Source: Bacteroidota bacterium
GTDB lineage: Bacteria; Bacteroidota; Bacteroidia; 2-12-FULL-35-15
Assembly: GCA_025963715.1 (NCBI GenBank)
Contig: JAOQAG010000008.1
Span: 23,907-87,906 of the forward strand
Length of the DNA stretch: 64,000 nt
Direction of reading: 5' to 3'
The notes under the pieces are model-generated. The model saw nothing but the letters and a program-made list of their open reading frames with translations. It did no database searches and was not told the DNA's origin. Below, piece after piece: positions 1 through 8,551 of this stretch (position 1 is the first letter of the stretch; each line of letters opens with the position of its first letter). Both the position numbers and the translations under genes were made by a program.

Positions 1-198
1 TAATTTTTCAAAGATCTGGATCACCATATCTTTTGCGGTATCCTTGTCTTTAAAATAATTGATGCACATACCAAAAACCAAATGTGCATATCGTTTGTAA
101 AGCTCGCCTACCAATAATTTATCGTGCGATCTTTTATAGTCGGCGATCAACTCATTATCGCTCATGTGCCGGATAGTTTCGTTTGAAGAGTAGTTCAT
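1..198 (-). CDS. ECF-type RNA polymerase sigma-70 factor, N-terminal part (runs off the window)
   Basis: Not in the ORF track. Manual translation from ATG at 198 gives MNYSSNETIRHMSDNELIADYKRSHDKLLVGELYKRYAHLVFGMCINYFKDKDTAKDMVIQIFEKL, a typical ECF region 1.2/2 pattern. Confidence 0.85.
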   Translation of the reverse strand, partial: MNYSSNETIRHMSDNELIADYKRSHDKLLVGELYKRYAHLVFGMCINYFKDKDTAKDMVIQIFEKL

Positions 199-236
199 AC
201 GTGCTTATTTTTTGTTACCCGGAATCGGTTCTTGAT

Positions 237-265
237 GGTAAGACGTTTTCTGTGATCAGATTCCA
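237..265 (-). promoter_or_regulatory. Candidate ECF promoter TGGAATC-N13-CGTCTTACC driving the sigma gene
   Basis: Minus strand reads tggaatc tgatcacagaaaa cgtcttacc. The boxes and spacing are identical to the copy at 511-539. Confidence 0.6.
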
Positions 266-415
266 TACAGTTTAACCTGATCGCTTATTTTTTTGTTATC
301 CGGAATGAGTAAACGGCGGTTTTTTGAAAATAAACGGTCATTGTCCGCCCTGAGCGAAAAATGTGATTTATTGTTCCCCATTCCAGCCATTTATAAAAAC
401 CCACTTCTAAGGATC

Positions 416-442
416 GTCATCCCGCACTTGTTGCGGGATCCC
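416..442. repeat. REP-like palindrome, GTCATCCCG...CGGGATC family (variant)
   Basis: cgtcatcccgcacttgttgcgggatcc; related to the copies at 17929, 34692, 38660 and 50183. Confidence 0.55.
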
Positions 443-510
443 GTAAATACTTGTAGATATATTTGTTTAATGCCGTTTTCAGGTGAAATCGGTAAATTCA
501 TAAATATTTG

Positions 511-539
511 TGGAATCGGTTTCCCGGACACGTCTTACC
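511..539 (+). promoter_or_regulatory. Candidate ECF promoter TGGAATC-N13-CGTCTTACC driving the 602..1405 gene
   Basis: tggaatc ggtttcccggaca cgtcttacc, 62 nt upstream of ATG 602. Confidence 0.6.
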
Positions 540-601
540 TGCAAACAGGCAAAAAAGCGCTAGCCGAATCATTACAAATCTTTTTAAAACCATTAATAAT
601 T

Positions 602-1405
602 ATGAAAACAATCAGACTCTTTTTAATTGCTTCGTTTGCAATGACCGGCAGTTACATTATGGCACAAAATTCAGCCACCATCAAAGGAACCGTAACCGAT
701 AGCAAAGGCAAACCAATGCCATACGCAACAGTGGCGCTCATGGAGGATTCTACGATAACAGCAGCGGTTAATACCGACGATAATGGCGATTATGCTTTTA
801 AGCAAGTTGTGCCCGGAATTTACACGCTGCAATTCTCTTTTGTTGGCTTTAATACTAAAAAAGTAAAAAAAGTGGATGCCGATCCGGAACAGATTGCCTA
901 TGTGAATACTTCTATGCAGGAAAGCAGCACTACTCTTAAAGAAGCAGAAGTTGTAGCGACATACGAAAAACAGATCATCAACCCTAAATTTTCGACAATT
1001 ACACCGATCAAAATCGACCAGATCGAACACATGGCCGTAGCAAAAGGCGATATTGTAGCAATGATCATAGCAGTAACGCCTGCGGTAATGGCATCGGAAG
1101 ATGGTAAAAATATTTACGTACGCGGATCACGCAGCGGCAGCACCCAGTTTATTGTGGATGGTAATAAAGTAATGCCTAATTCCAGCCCGGATGTACCGGG
1201 GCCCGGAATTGCAAGTATGGAAGTGCTTACCGGCGGTGTTCCTGCTGAATATGGCGATTGTACCGGTGGTATCGTAATCATTACCACAAAAGAATACCAG
1301 TGGGAAATGCGCCGCAAGGAAATGGAAAGACGGGCACGCGCAGAGGCGGAAGCGGAAGCAAAACAGGAAAAAGCAAAAGCAAAAACAGTGGAAGTTGTCC
1401 AATAG
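602..1405 (+). CDS. Secreted protein: carboxypeptidase-regulatory-like domain plus TonB-receptor plug domain, no beta-barrel
   Basis: Signal peptide MKTIRLFLIASFAM.. from ATG 602; IKGTVTDSKGKPMPYATV motif; plug motifs YVRGSRSG..FIVDG and GGVPAEYGDCTGGIVIITTK; charged tail. The ORF-track extension to 293 crosses a repeat and the promoter. Confidence 0.8.
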   Translation: MKTIRLFLIASFAMTGSYIMAQNSATIKGTVTDSKGKPMPYATVALMEDSTITAAVNTDDNGDYAFKQVVPGIYTLQFSFVGFNTKKVKKVDADPEQIAYVNTSMQESSTTLKEAEVVATYEKQIINPKFSTITPIKIDQIEHMAVAKGDIVAMIIAVTPAVMASEDGKNIYVRGSRSGSTQFIVDGNKVMPNSSPDVPGPGIASMEVLTGGVPAEYGDCTGGIVIITTKEYQWEMRRKEMERRARAEAEAEAKQEKAKAKTVEVVQ

Positions 1406-1425
1406 AACCATAAACAGATCTCCGC

Positions 1426-1453
1426 AAAAGATCCTGCTCCGGCAGGATTTTTT
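1426..1453 (+). terminator. Rho-independent terminator
   Basis: atcctgc-tccg-gcaggat hairpin followed by a T run. Confidence 0.7.
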
Positions 1454-1512
1454 GTTTTTATAAAATTAAGCGATTATTATCAATCTTATACCAACTCATA
1501 AACACCCAGCGC

Positions 1513-1604
1513 GTCATTGCGAGGGCTTTTCGCCCGAAGCAATCTCATTCCAGTTTTATACACTGGTGTGAGATTGCTTCTCCGCAAGGGCGGCTCGCAA
1601 TGAC
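1513..1604. repeat. ~91-bp palindromic REP/MITE-like element, GTCATTGCGAG...GAAGCAATC family
   Basis: gtcattgcgagggcttttcgcccgaagcaatctca...tgagattgcttc...ctcgcaatgac; near-identical to 12901 and 32688. Confidence 0.85.
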
Positions 1605-1709
1605 GTTCTTAAATAATTCAGATACTAAAAATTAAAGCACGCTAAGAACTTCAAAAAATCCAACCCGCATCCGAAACATTTAGTAATTTTGAGTACTTAA
1701 TTGATGCAC

Positions 1710-2681
1710 ATGAATCCCAAAACTATTCAGCGTTTTATCCGCCTGGCACAAGTCACGTTAATCTTTGTTTACCTGGTTATTATAGCCGGTTCGGTGGTAC
1801 GTGCTACCGGTTCGGGCATGGGTTGCCCCGATTGGCCAAAATGTTTCGGGCATTGGATCCCGCCTACAGATGTATCGCAATTACCGGCTAATTATAAGGA
1901 AATATATGCGGGCGAACATCATGCTGTAGCGGAATTTAACGCTGCCAATACCTGGGTGGAATACCTCAACCGTTTGTGCGGCGCAGTGCTGGGTTTGCTG
2001 ATTTTTGCACAATTTATTCTATCGTTCAAATTCCGGAAAACCGACAAGCGCATTTTTGTTTTATCCTTCATGGAATTTATCCTGATCGGCTTCCAGGGCT
2101 GGCTGGGCGCCAAAGTGGTAAGCAGCAATTTAGCATCGGCAAAAATTACGGTTCACACGATCATGGCATTAATTATCCTTTGCATCGCGATCGCGATCAT
2201 TTACCGTGCAAAAAAATTAATGCGCGTACAGCAGGAAAGCAAAATCGATCCTTCAATAAAGAAACTAGGAATTACCGTTCTATTGCTAACTACGATCCAG
2301 ATCATGCTGGGAACAAACGTTCGCGAGGAAGTTGATCTGTTTTTGAAAAACTTTGATGCCATTTTCAGGAATGAAATTGTGGATCATTTAGGATTAGCGT
2401 TTAAAATCCACCGCACATTTTCCATTGTGCTGATGCTTGTAAACGGTTGGCTGGTATATAAAATTTTGAAAAGCGATGCAACAATGATCTTAAAAAACAA
2501 TGCAAAAAAACTGATCGCAACATTATGCTGTGCTTTTGCAGCTGGTGTAATGTTGAGTTATTATGCATTACCGCCTGCTTTGCAGCCGGTTCACTTTTTG
2601 CTTGCCTGCCTTACATTCGGCTTGCAGGTCGGAATTATTTTGAGGGTTTGGAAACCGGAGCAGGTTTTACCATCGGCTTAA
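1710..2681 (+). CDS. ctaA: COX15/CtaA-family heme A synthase
   Basis: GSVVRATGSGMGCPDWPKCFG motif, EYLNR, conserved His in TVH, IHR and PVH, multiple TM helices. Start may be 1704 or 1710. Confidence 0.85.
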   Translation: MNPKTIQRFIRLAQVTLIFVYLVIIAGSVVRATGSGMGCPDWPKCFGHWIPPTDVSQLPANYKEIYAGEHHAVAEFNAANTWVEYLNRLCGAVLGLLIFAQFILSFKFRKTDKRIFVLSFMEFILIGFQGWLGAKVVSSNLASAKITVHTIMALIILCIAIAIIYRAKKLMRVQQESKIDPSIKKLGITVLLLTTIQIMLGTNVREEVDLFLKNFDAIFRNEIVDHLGLAFKIHRTFSIVLMLVNGWLVYKILKSDATMILKNNAKKLIATLCCAFAAGVMLSYYALPPALQPVHFLLACLTFGLQVGIILRVWKPEQVLPSA

Positions 2682-3516
2682 CCATAACAGGCTTAACTAC
2701 ATTGTTTTTCCACTGGAACGTTTCCACCATGTGATAAATATCTTTTTTGATAAAATCAACACATGGTTTTATTGAATCGTTATTGGGAACCGCATTAAAA
2801 TACAATGCTCCGCGGATAAAATTACTGGTACTGTCCGTTAAAAAAAACTGGATGCGCGATGCCGCATTTCCGCCAATGTCATAGATCAGCCCGTATACTT
2901 TTTGTTTGTCTTTTGATACTACCTCTTCCTGGATTCCGGATGCTTTTATTTCGTGCTTCGACACCAGCTCGTATGTATTTTGCAAATAGCTGCCAAGGTT
3001 GGTCGCATTTACCGATTCGTAGCTTAAATGTAACGTTGCATTCAACGAAGGAAAATCTAAATTCAGCCAGCAAGGCTCTGCTCCCGGATGCGGGTCTTTT
3101 ACCATTTTTGCATACGCAGGCATCTCAAATTTAAACGGACAAGCAGAATCATACATCACGTATTTTTTTTCAGGAAATGTTAAGCGAAAATACGCGCGCG
3201 GCTTTGGCGCAATGGTTTCATCATCGTCACTTCCGCAGGATGATAAGGAGATGCAGGATGCAAGAATCAAGAAACAAGATACCAACGTACGCGCTAAACG
3301 CTTTGAGGAGATGCAAGATGTAAGAGTCAAGAAACAAGATACCAACGTGTTTGCTAAACGCTTATTTGAGATGCAAGATGTAAGATACAAGAAACAAGAT
3401 ACCAACGTATTCACTAAATGCTTACTTGAGAAATCACGCACCAACATTCCACTGCGTTTCTCACACACAGTACTTGATTCTTGATTCTTGATTCTTGATT
3501 CTTTTTTAGTCTTCAT
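2635..3516 (-). CDS. gldD: Gliding motility lipoprotein GldD with a repeat-expanded N-terminus
   Basis: LSSC lipobox then PKPRAYFRL, CPFKFE, IGGNAASRIQFFLTDSTSNFIRGALYF. ATG at 3516 overlaps the end of gldE; the true start is uncertain. Confidence 0.9.
   Translation of the reverse strand: MKTKKESRIKNQESSTVCEKRSGMLVRDFSSKHLVNTLVSCFLYLTSCISNKRLANTLVSCFLTLTSCISSKRLARTLVSCFLILASCISLSSCGSDDDETIAPKPRAYFRLTFPEKKYVMYDSACPFKFEMPAYAKMVKDPHPGAEPCWLNLDFPSLNATLHLSYESVNATNLGSYLQNTYELVSKHEIKASGIQEEVVSKDKQKVYGLIYDIGGNAASRIQFFLTDSTSNFIRGALYFNAVPNNDSIKPCVDFIKKDIYHMVETFQWKNNVVKPVMVKPMVKPAPVSKPSK
3248..3430. repeat. Three in-frame 60-bp tandem repeats inside the gldD 5' region
   Basis: gagatgcaa/ggatg...caagaaacaagataccaacgt at 3248, 3308 and 3368. 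Confidence 0.9.
3473..3503. repeat. Heptamer tandem repeat (CTTGATT)x4
   Basis: Read directly; encodes KESRIKNQES on the minus strand. Confidence 0.9.
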
Positions 3517-4849
3517 TGCTGCGTTCAATTGTAATTTTAACACGTTTAATTTTCCGGTTATCCGCCGATTCGATCGTGAATAACAGGTTTTCAAATTTAA
3601 TGAGATCTCCTTTTTTAGGAATGCGGCCTTCCAGCTCCAACAGTAATCCGGCAAGCGAATCGGCTTCCCCTTTTGCTTCTTCAAACACATCACCGTCAAT
3701 TTCCAGGACACGGTATACATCATTCAAATGCGCTTTTCCTTCAAACACATAATTATCATCATCCAGCTTCGAATACGTCAGATCATCGTCATCAAATTCA
3801 TCGTTGATCTCACCCACAATTTCCTCGATCACATCTTCCAGCGTAACAATTCCGGACGTTCCGCCATACTCATCCACCACAACCGCTAAGTGGATTTTTT
3901 TAAACTGGAACTCACGCAACAGATCATCGATCTTTTTATTTTCGGGAACAAAAAACGGCGGACGGATAATTCCCTGCCAGTTAAATGTATCGGCTTCATT
4001 CAAATACGGAAGCAAGTCTTTTGTGTACAACACACCGGTGATCTGGTCGATGGTTTCCTTGTAGATCGGCACGCGCGAAAAACCATAATTGGTAATTTCT
4101 GCCAGTAATTTTTTATAATTGGTGCCAAATTCAATGGCCGTTACATCCGTCCTCGATTTCATGATCTGCTTCACATCGGTATTACCGAACTTTACAATTC
4201 CCTGTAAAATTTTGTGATCTTCCTCCGGAATGTCTTCATCAGAAGTCAGCTCCAGCGCCTGCGATAATTCATCCACCGAAATATTGTGCGCTTTAGGCTT
4301 TACTAATTTATTGATCATGGAAGTGGAATACACCAATACCGAGCTGATCGGATAAAAGATCTGCTGCAGCAACACTATAAAAAACAACAATACGCGCGCA
4401 ACTCTTAAAGGGTTTTGTGTAGAGTAAATTTTCGGGATCACCTCACCAACCATTAAGATCAGGAAGGTAACCACCACCACCTGGATCACAAATCCGAGCG
4501 TCGGGCTTTGCGAAAAATCAAACAAACCTTCCATTACGTACGTGGAAAGTATAACAATGGCGATATTGATAAAGTTGATGCTGATCAGCAGCGTTGCCAG
4601 CAAGCGTTTCGGCTTGTTGATAAGCAAAAGAATGCGGTCATCCGTTTTACTGCTGGATTCTTTCAGCGTTTCGAGATCGGTAGGTGTAAGCGCAAAAAAT
4701 GCAGATTCAGCAGCCGAAACCAGCGCTACAATGCAGAGGAAGATCAGCATAAAAACAATTGCCGCTCCAATGCCAAACGTAAAAGGTTTAATAATAACTT
4801 CCGATAAAGGAATGTGAAGATTCGTTATAAAAACACCCGGAAGGTCCAA
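3506..4849 (-). CDS. gldE: Gliding motility-associated protein GldE (DUF21-CBS-CorC)
   Basis: SAAESAFFAL, GEVIPK, SRVPIY, VVDEYGGTSGIVTLEDVIEEIVGEI; directly upstream of gldD. Confidence 0.92.
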   Translation of the reverse strand: MDLPGVFITNLHIPLSEVIIKPFTFGIGAAIVFMLIFLCIVALVSAAESAFFALTPTDLETLKESSSKTDDRILLLINKPKRLLATLLISINFINIAIVILSTYVMEGLFDFSQSPTLGFVIQVVVVTFLILMVGEVIPKIYSTQNPLRVARVLLFFIVLLQQIFYPISSVLVYSTSMINKLVKPKAHNISVDELSQALELTSDEDIPEEDHKILQGIVKFGNTDVKQIMKSRTDVTAIEFGTNYKKLLAEITNYGFSRVPIYKETIDQITGVLYTKDLLPYLNEADTFNWQGIIRPPFFVPENKKIDDLLREFQFKKIHLAVVVDEYGGTSGIVTLEDVIEEIVGEINDEFDDDDLTYSKLDDDNYVFEGKAHLNDVYRVLEIDGDVFEEAKGEADSLAGLLLELEGRIPKKGDLIKFENLLFTIESADNRKIKRVKITIERSNED

Positions 4850-4921
4850 TGAATGTAAATTTAGTTAAACAAAATGCTGTTGTAAAAATACAATTTTACA
4901 ATTAAATCGGTCATTCTAATT

Positions 4922-5329
4922 TTAAAACGGCAGGTCATCCCCTGTTTTCGGGATGTGTGTGCCCTGGTCGTCGTTGCCGGATGATGAATTATTATCTTTT
5001 TTACTGCTCAGGATCGTAAATGTATCCGCCACAATCTCGGTGGTGTAACGCTTGATATTTTCTTTATCTTCCCAGGAGCGGCTGCGGATCTTTCCTTCCA
5101 GGTAGATCGTCATTCCCTTTTTCAGGTATTTTTCAGCCACATCGGCCAAACCGCGCCATACCACAATGTTGTGCCATTCCGTTTGATCCGTACGGTTTCC
5201 GTTTTTATCTTTGTACGATTCGGTAGTTGCCAATGTAAAATTTGCAACAGAAGCGCCGCCTTCCAGGTGACGCACTTCCGGATCTTTCCCTAAATTCCCT
5301 ACAAGGATTACTTTATTGATGCCTGCCAT
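4922..5329 (-). CDS. ssb: Single-stranded DNA-binding protein
   Basis: INKVILVGNLGKDPEVR...DDLPF C-terminus. Confidence 0.97.
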   Translation of the reverse strand: MAGINKVILVGNLGKDPEVRHLEGGASVANFTLATTESYKDKNGNRTDQTEWHNIVVWRGLADVAEKYLKKGMTIYLEGKIRSRSWEDKENIKRYTTEIVADTFTILSSKKDNNSSSGNDDQGTHIPKTGDDLPF

Positions 5330-5395
5330 TTTTTTGAATGAATTATAAATGATGAATTATAAATGTGTGTTGGTTTTCAATTGTGATTCGTAATT

Positions 5396-5607
5396 ACACA
5401 CCCCTAACCCCTCTCAATGGCTCCTACGCTGAAGCTTCGGCGCAAGCGTAAGGGGAATTGATCCTGCTCACAATCTTAATTGATATACAGATTTGTAAAT
5501 TCCTGCCCGACTGCGTCATTCAGGCGGGTGTATTTATTTGTAATTTGTAACCACCCAGATTCGTAATATTCGTTCCTGTTCGTTATCTGTACCACGTTAT
5601 CCGTAAC
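5396..5607. repeat. Nested mosaic of short palindromic repeats
   Basis: ACACCCCTAACCCCTCTCAA-AGGGGAA hairpin (also at 19412) interrupted at 5418-5450; CCTGCCCG..GGCGGG element at 5502-5528; CGTTCCTGTTCGTTATC motif shared with 19530 and, inverted, 41547. Confidence 0.75.
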
Positions 5608-5627
5608 CCAAATATACTACACAAATT

Positions 5628-6713
5628 TTAAAAAAGTGTAAGCGTTTTTTTTACCGGTTTTTTCCGTACTTCCAGGTAATTTTCGATCAAACGCGGAACG
5701 GCATATTTTTCCAGATCCTTTTGTTTGATCACAATAGCGTTGGCCGGAATAATTTTTTCGAGCACAGCTTCCGTTTCAATTTCCCAAAAACGGGCAAAAA
5801 TTTTCTGATGACTCAGGATGTGCTTATAATAAGGAGAAACCGACCTGATCGTGAATTTATTTTTCCCCAGCAGTTTTTTCCATCCTGCCGATTTTAAAAA
5901 TTCCTCTTCCTGCAATTCCATTTCGGTTTCCAATAATGGAAAATCGTACAAATTGGTCCAGATATCCTTTGCTTCCCGTTTATTGATCACGGTACTTCCT
6001 TTGTGATCCAATACAATATAATTAAAATAACGGTTCCGCACTTTCGTTTTTTTTGATTTTACCGGCAACTCCGCCACCACTTTTTTTGCAAAAGCATAAC
6101 AATGGTTTTTCATCGGGCAAACCGGGCAATCGGGATTTACCGGCTTGCACATCATAGCGCCAAACTCCATGATCGCCTGGTTGTGAGTGCCCGGATCTTT
6201 TTTATCCAGCAATTCGTTGGCCAGCGCATTGAATTCTTTTTTGCCGGTTGTACTGTCGATAGGCGTTTCTATACCAAATACACGCGCCAGTACCCTGTAC
6301 ACATTGCCATCCACCACCGCATGCGGCTTATTAAATGCAAAGGATGAGATCGCGGCAGCGGTATACTCGCCTACACCTTTCAGGGAAAGGATCTCCGCGT
6401 ATTCTGAAGGAAATTTTCCTTTAAAATCAGCATTCACCATTTTGGCTGCCGTATGCAGGTTCCGGGCACGGGAGTAATAGCCCAGGCCTTGCCAGAGTTT
6501 CATTACCGTGTCGTTTTCCGCTTCCGCGAGATGTTTTACCGTAGGAAATTCACGGGCAAACTTTAAATAATAAGCCATTCCCTGGTCCACCCGGGTTTGC
6601 TGCAGGATGATCTCCGAAAGCCAGATCAGGTAGGCGTCGTTGGTATTCCGCCATGGCAGATCGCGTTTATTTGCACGATACCATTGGGTTATTATACTCG
6701 AAAAGTGCTTCAT
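5628..6713 (-). CDS. mutY: A/G-specific adenine DNA glycosylase
   Basis: RDLPWR, LSEIILQQTRV, WQGLGYYSRARNLH, VDGNVYRVL, CxxxxxxCxxCxxxxxC cluster. Confidence 0.96.
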   Translation of the reverse strand: MKHFSSIITQWYRANKRDLPWRNTNDAYLIWLSEIILQQTRVDQGMAYYLKFAREFPTVKHLAEAENDTVMKLWQGLGYYSRARNLHTAAKMVNADFKGKFPSEYAEILSLKGVGEYTAAAISSFAFNKPHAVVDGNVYRVLARVFGIETPIDSTTGKKEFNALANELLDKKDPGTHNQAIMEFGAMMCKPVNPDCPVCPMKNHCYAFAKKVVAELPVKSKKTKVRNRYFNYIVLDHKGSTVINKREAKDIWTNLYDFPLLETEMELQEEEFLKSAGWKKLLGKNKFTIRSVSPYYKHILSHQKIFARFWEIETEAVLEKIIPANAIVIKQKDLEKYAVPRLIENYLEVRKKPVKKTLTLF

Positions 6714-6790
6714 CTGCGGGTTGAATGGGATATTTTTTGGTAGAGGCCTCCAAAATTACAATTTTAATTTCTCTATCTGAATTTTAATCC

Positions 6791-6798
6791 TATCTTTG
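6791..6798 (+). promoter_or_regulatory. Bacteroidota -7 promoter element (TAnnTTTG) for the HU operon
   Basis: TATCTTTG about 60 nt upstream of the HU ATG. Confidence 0.6.
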
Positions 6799-6856
6799 CA
6801 ACCCTAAATTTAATTTTTTTGGATTAATTGTTTGATTTTAAATAGATTATAGAAGT

Positions 6857-7156
6857 ATGACAAAAGCGGACATCATTACAGAAATTGCTGAAAAAACAGG
6901 TATTGAAAAAGTGGCAGTACAAGCTTCAGTTGAAGCATTTATGAAAACGGTTAGAAATTCGATGGTTGCAGGGGAGAATGTATATTTAAGAGGTTTTGGT
7001 AGTTTTATTGTTAAAAAACGTGCTGAAAAAACAGGGCGTAATATTTCAAAGAATACAACTATCATTATTCCTGCACATTATGTTCCGGCTTTTAAACCGG
7101 CAAAAACCTTTACTGAAAAAGTAAAGAAAAATGTTAAAAAGGAAGCAACAGCGTAA
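6857..7156 (+). CDS. HU/IHF-family DNA-binding protein
   Basis: MTKADII..VYLRGFGSF..RAEKTGRNISK..VPAFKPAK. Confidence 0.95.
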   Translation: MTKADIITEIAEKTGIEKVAVQASVEAFMKTVRNSMVAGENVYLRGFGSFIVKKRAEKTGRNISKNTTIIIPAHYVPAFKPAKTFTEKVKKNVKKEATA

Positions 7157-7229
7157 GCGATTAAGGATTTGGGAATCAGGATTTTATAATTTTTAAATCC
7201 CAAATCAGAAATCCTAAATTTTTTAAAGA

Positions 7230-8078
7230 ATGAAATCTGTAAATAAAACACAATTAATTGTCATTTCAGGTTCATTAGTATTGATCGTTCTTTTATTATT
7301 TGCGAATACACAGCCTCCGAAAAACCAGGACAAACCAATGGCAATGTCCGAACATGCCGGAAATTCAGCTGCTTCAGCATCCGCTTCTATCACTACGCTG
7401 GTAGAAGCTGCAAAAAGCAAATTAACGCCTGCACAAAAGGAGTTGATTTCCAAGCTGGAAGGAGCATTAAAAACCGCTCCCGACAAAAAAACGGCTTACG
7501 AGAACATGGTGAACGAGTGGGATGATCTGAAAAAACAGGATGTTGCCGCGTATTATGTGGAACAGGCCGCAATTGTTTCTCCTACCGAAACCAACTGGAT
7601 GGAAGCAGGTAACAGGTATTACGGTGCAACTCGTTTTGCACAGGAAGCGGACAGGCCTTTACTTTTTGGAAAAGCGATCGGGTGTTATGAAAAAACCATC
7701 ACGATCAATCCTAAGAATGTAGATGCCAAAGTAAATATGGGGGCGTGTTATGTAGAAGGAAGCAGCGATCCGATGAAAGGGATCGGTATCTTAAAAGATG
7801 TGGAAAAAACAGATTCAAACAATGTGAATTTGCAGTTGAACTTCGCATTCTTTTCTGAAAAATCCGGACAGTGGGATAAAGCCATTGCACGCTTTCAGAA
7901 AGTGCTGAAGATCCAGCCCGATTTTATTGAAGCTTACTTACACCTTGCCGATGCTTATGAACAAAAAGGAGATAAGCAAAAAGCAATTGAGTACTATGAA
8001 AAATACAAAAATCTTGTGGATGACGCCAGTACAAAAACGGATATCCAGGACTATATCAATAAATTAAAAAACTCTTAA
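7230..8078 (+). CDS. Membrane-anchored tetratricopeptide repeat protein
   Basis: N-terminal TM segment; TPR-like repeats (AIARFQKVLKIQPDFIEAYLHLADAYEQKG). Confidence 0.85.
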   Translation: MKSVNKTQLIVISGSLVLIVLLLFANTQPPKNQDKPMAMSEHAGNSAASASASITTLVEAAKSKLTPAQKELISKLEGALKTAPDKKTAYENMVNEWDDLKKQDVAAYYVEQAAIVSPTETNWMEAGNRYYGATRFAQEADRPLLFGKAIGCYEKTITINPKNVDAKVNMGACYVEGSSDPMKGIGILKDVEKTDSNNVNLQLNFAFFSEKSGQWDKAIARFQKVLKIQPDFIEAYLHLADAYEQKGDKQKAIEYYEKYKNLVDDASTKTDIQDYINKLKNS

Positions 8079-8090
8079 AAACAACAGATT

Positions 8091-8180
8091 ATGCCAAGCG
8101 GAAAAAAAAGAAAAAGACATAAAATGGCTACTCACAAACGTAAAAAACGTTTGAGAAAAAACAGACATAAGAAAAAATAG
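8091..8180 (+). CDS. 29-aa basic protein, bS22/AURKAIP1-COX24 (DUF1713)-like small ribosomal protein
   Basis: Not in the ORF track. Manual translation MPSGKKRKRHKMATHKRKKRLRKNRHKKK*. Confidence 0.85.
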   Translation: MPSGKKRKRHKMATHKRKKRLRKNRHKKK

Positions 8181-8551
8181 TCAACTGAAAAGTTGATTGT
8201 TTTTTGCATGATTCTTTATTAAAAACGGTATCCGGAATTTCCGGACACTGTTTTTAATACATGATTGTGTTTGTATATCTTCCTGGGTTCAATCCGGGAT
8301 CTTAGCTCTATTTACAAAACATTTTTAACACAGGCTTTGCTTGAGGCAAGGCGCTGTGTTCTTGTATTTATTAAAAAACAAAGATTATCATTTTCATTAC
8401 AGGAAAATAATCAGTGTTTATTGTTGCTTCTCTCCCGGGATTTTGTCAAAGGCCCCGGATAAAAATTCGGGTAACCGGATCTTTTACAGCAATTCACATG
8501 ATTACTCTTAAGTTATTTTCCGGTTTGTGATAATCACTAAAAATTAACAAA

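Noticed and set aside
293..601. 103-aa N-terminal extension of the first ORF
   Set aside because: It crosses a REP palindrome and the candidate promoter; the signal peptide starts at ATG 602.
1956..1975. EYLNR instead of ExxHR in heme A synthase as a sign of inactivation
   Set aside because: From recollection this Asn variant is usual in Bacteroidota homologs, and the other His residues are intact.
3517..3723. ORF-track start of gldD at 3723
   Set aside because: It overlaps gldE out of frame by about 200 bp; the ATG at 3516 fits translational coupling better.
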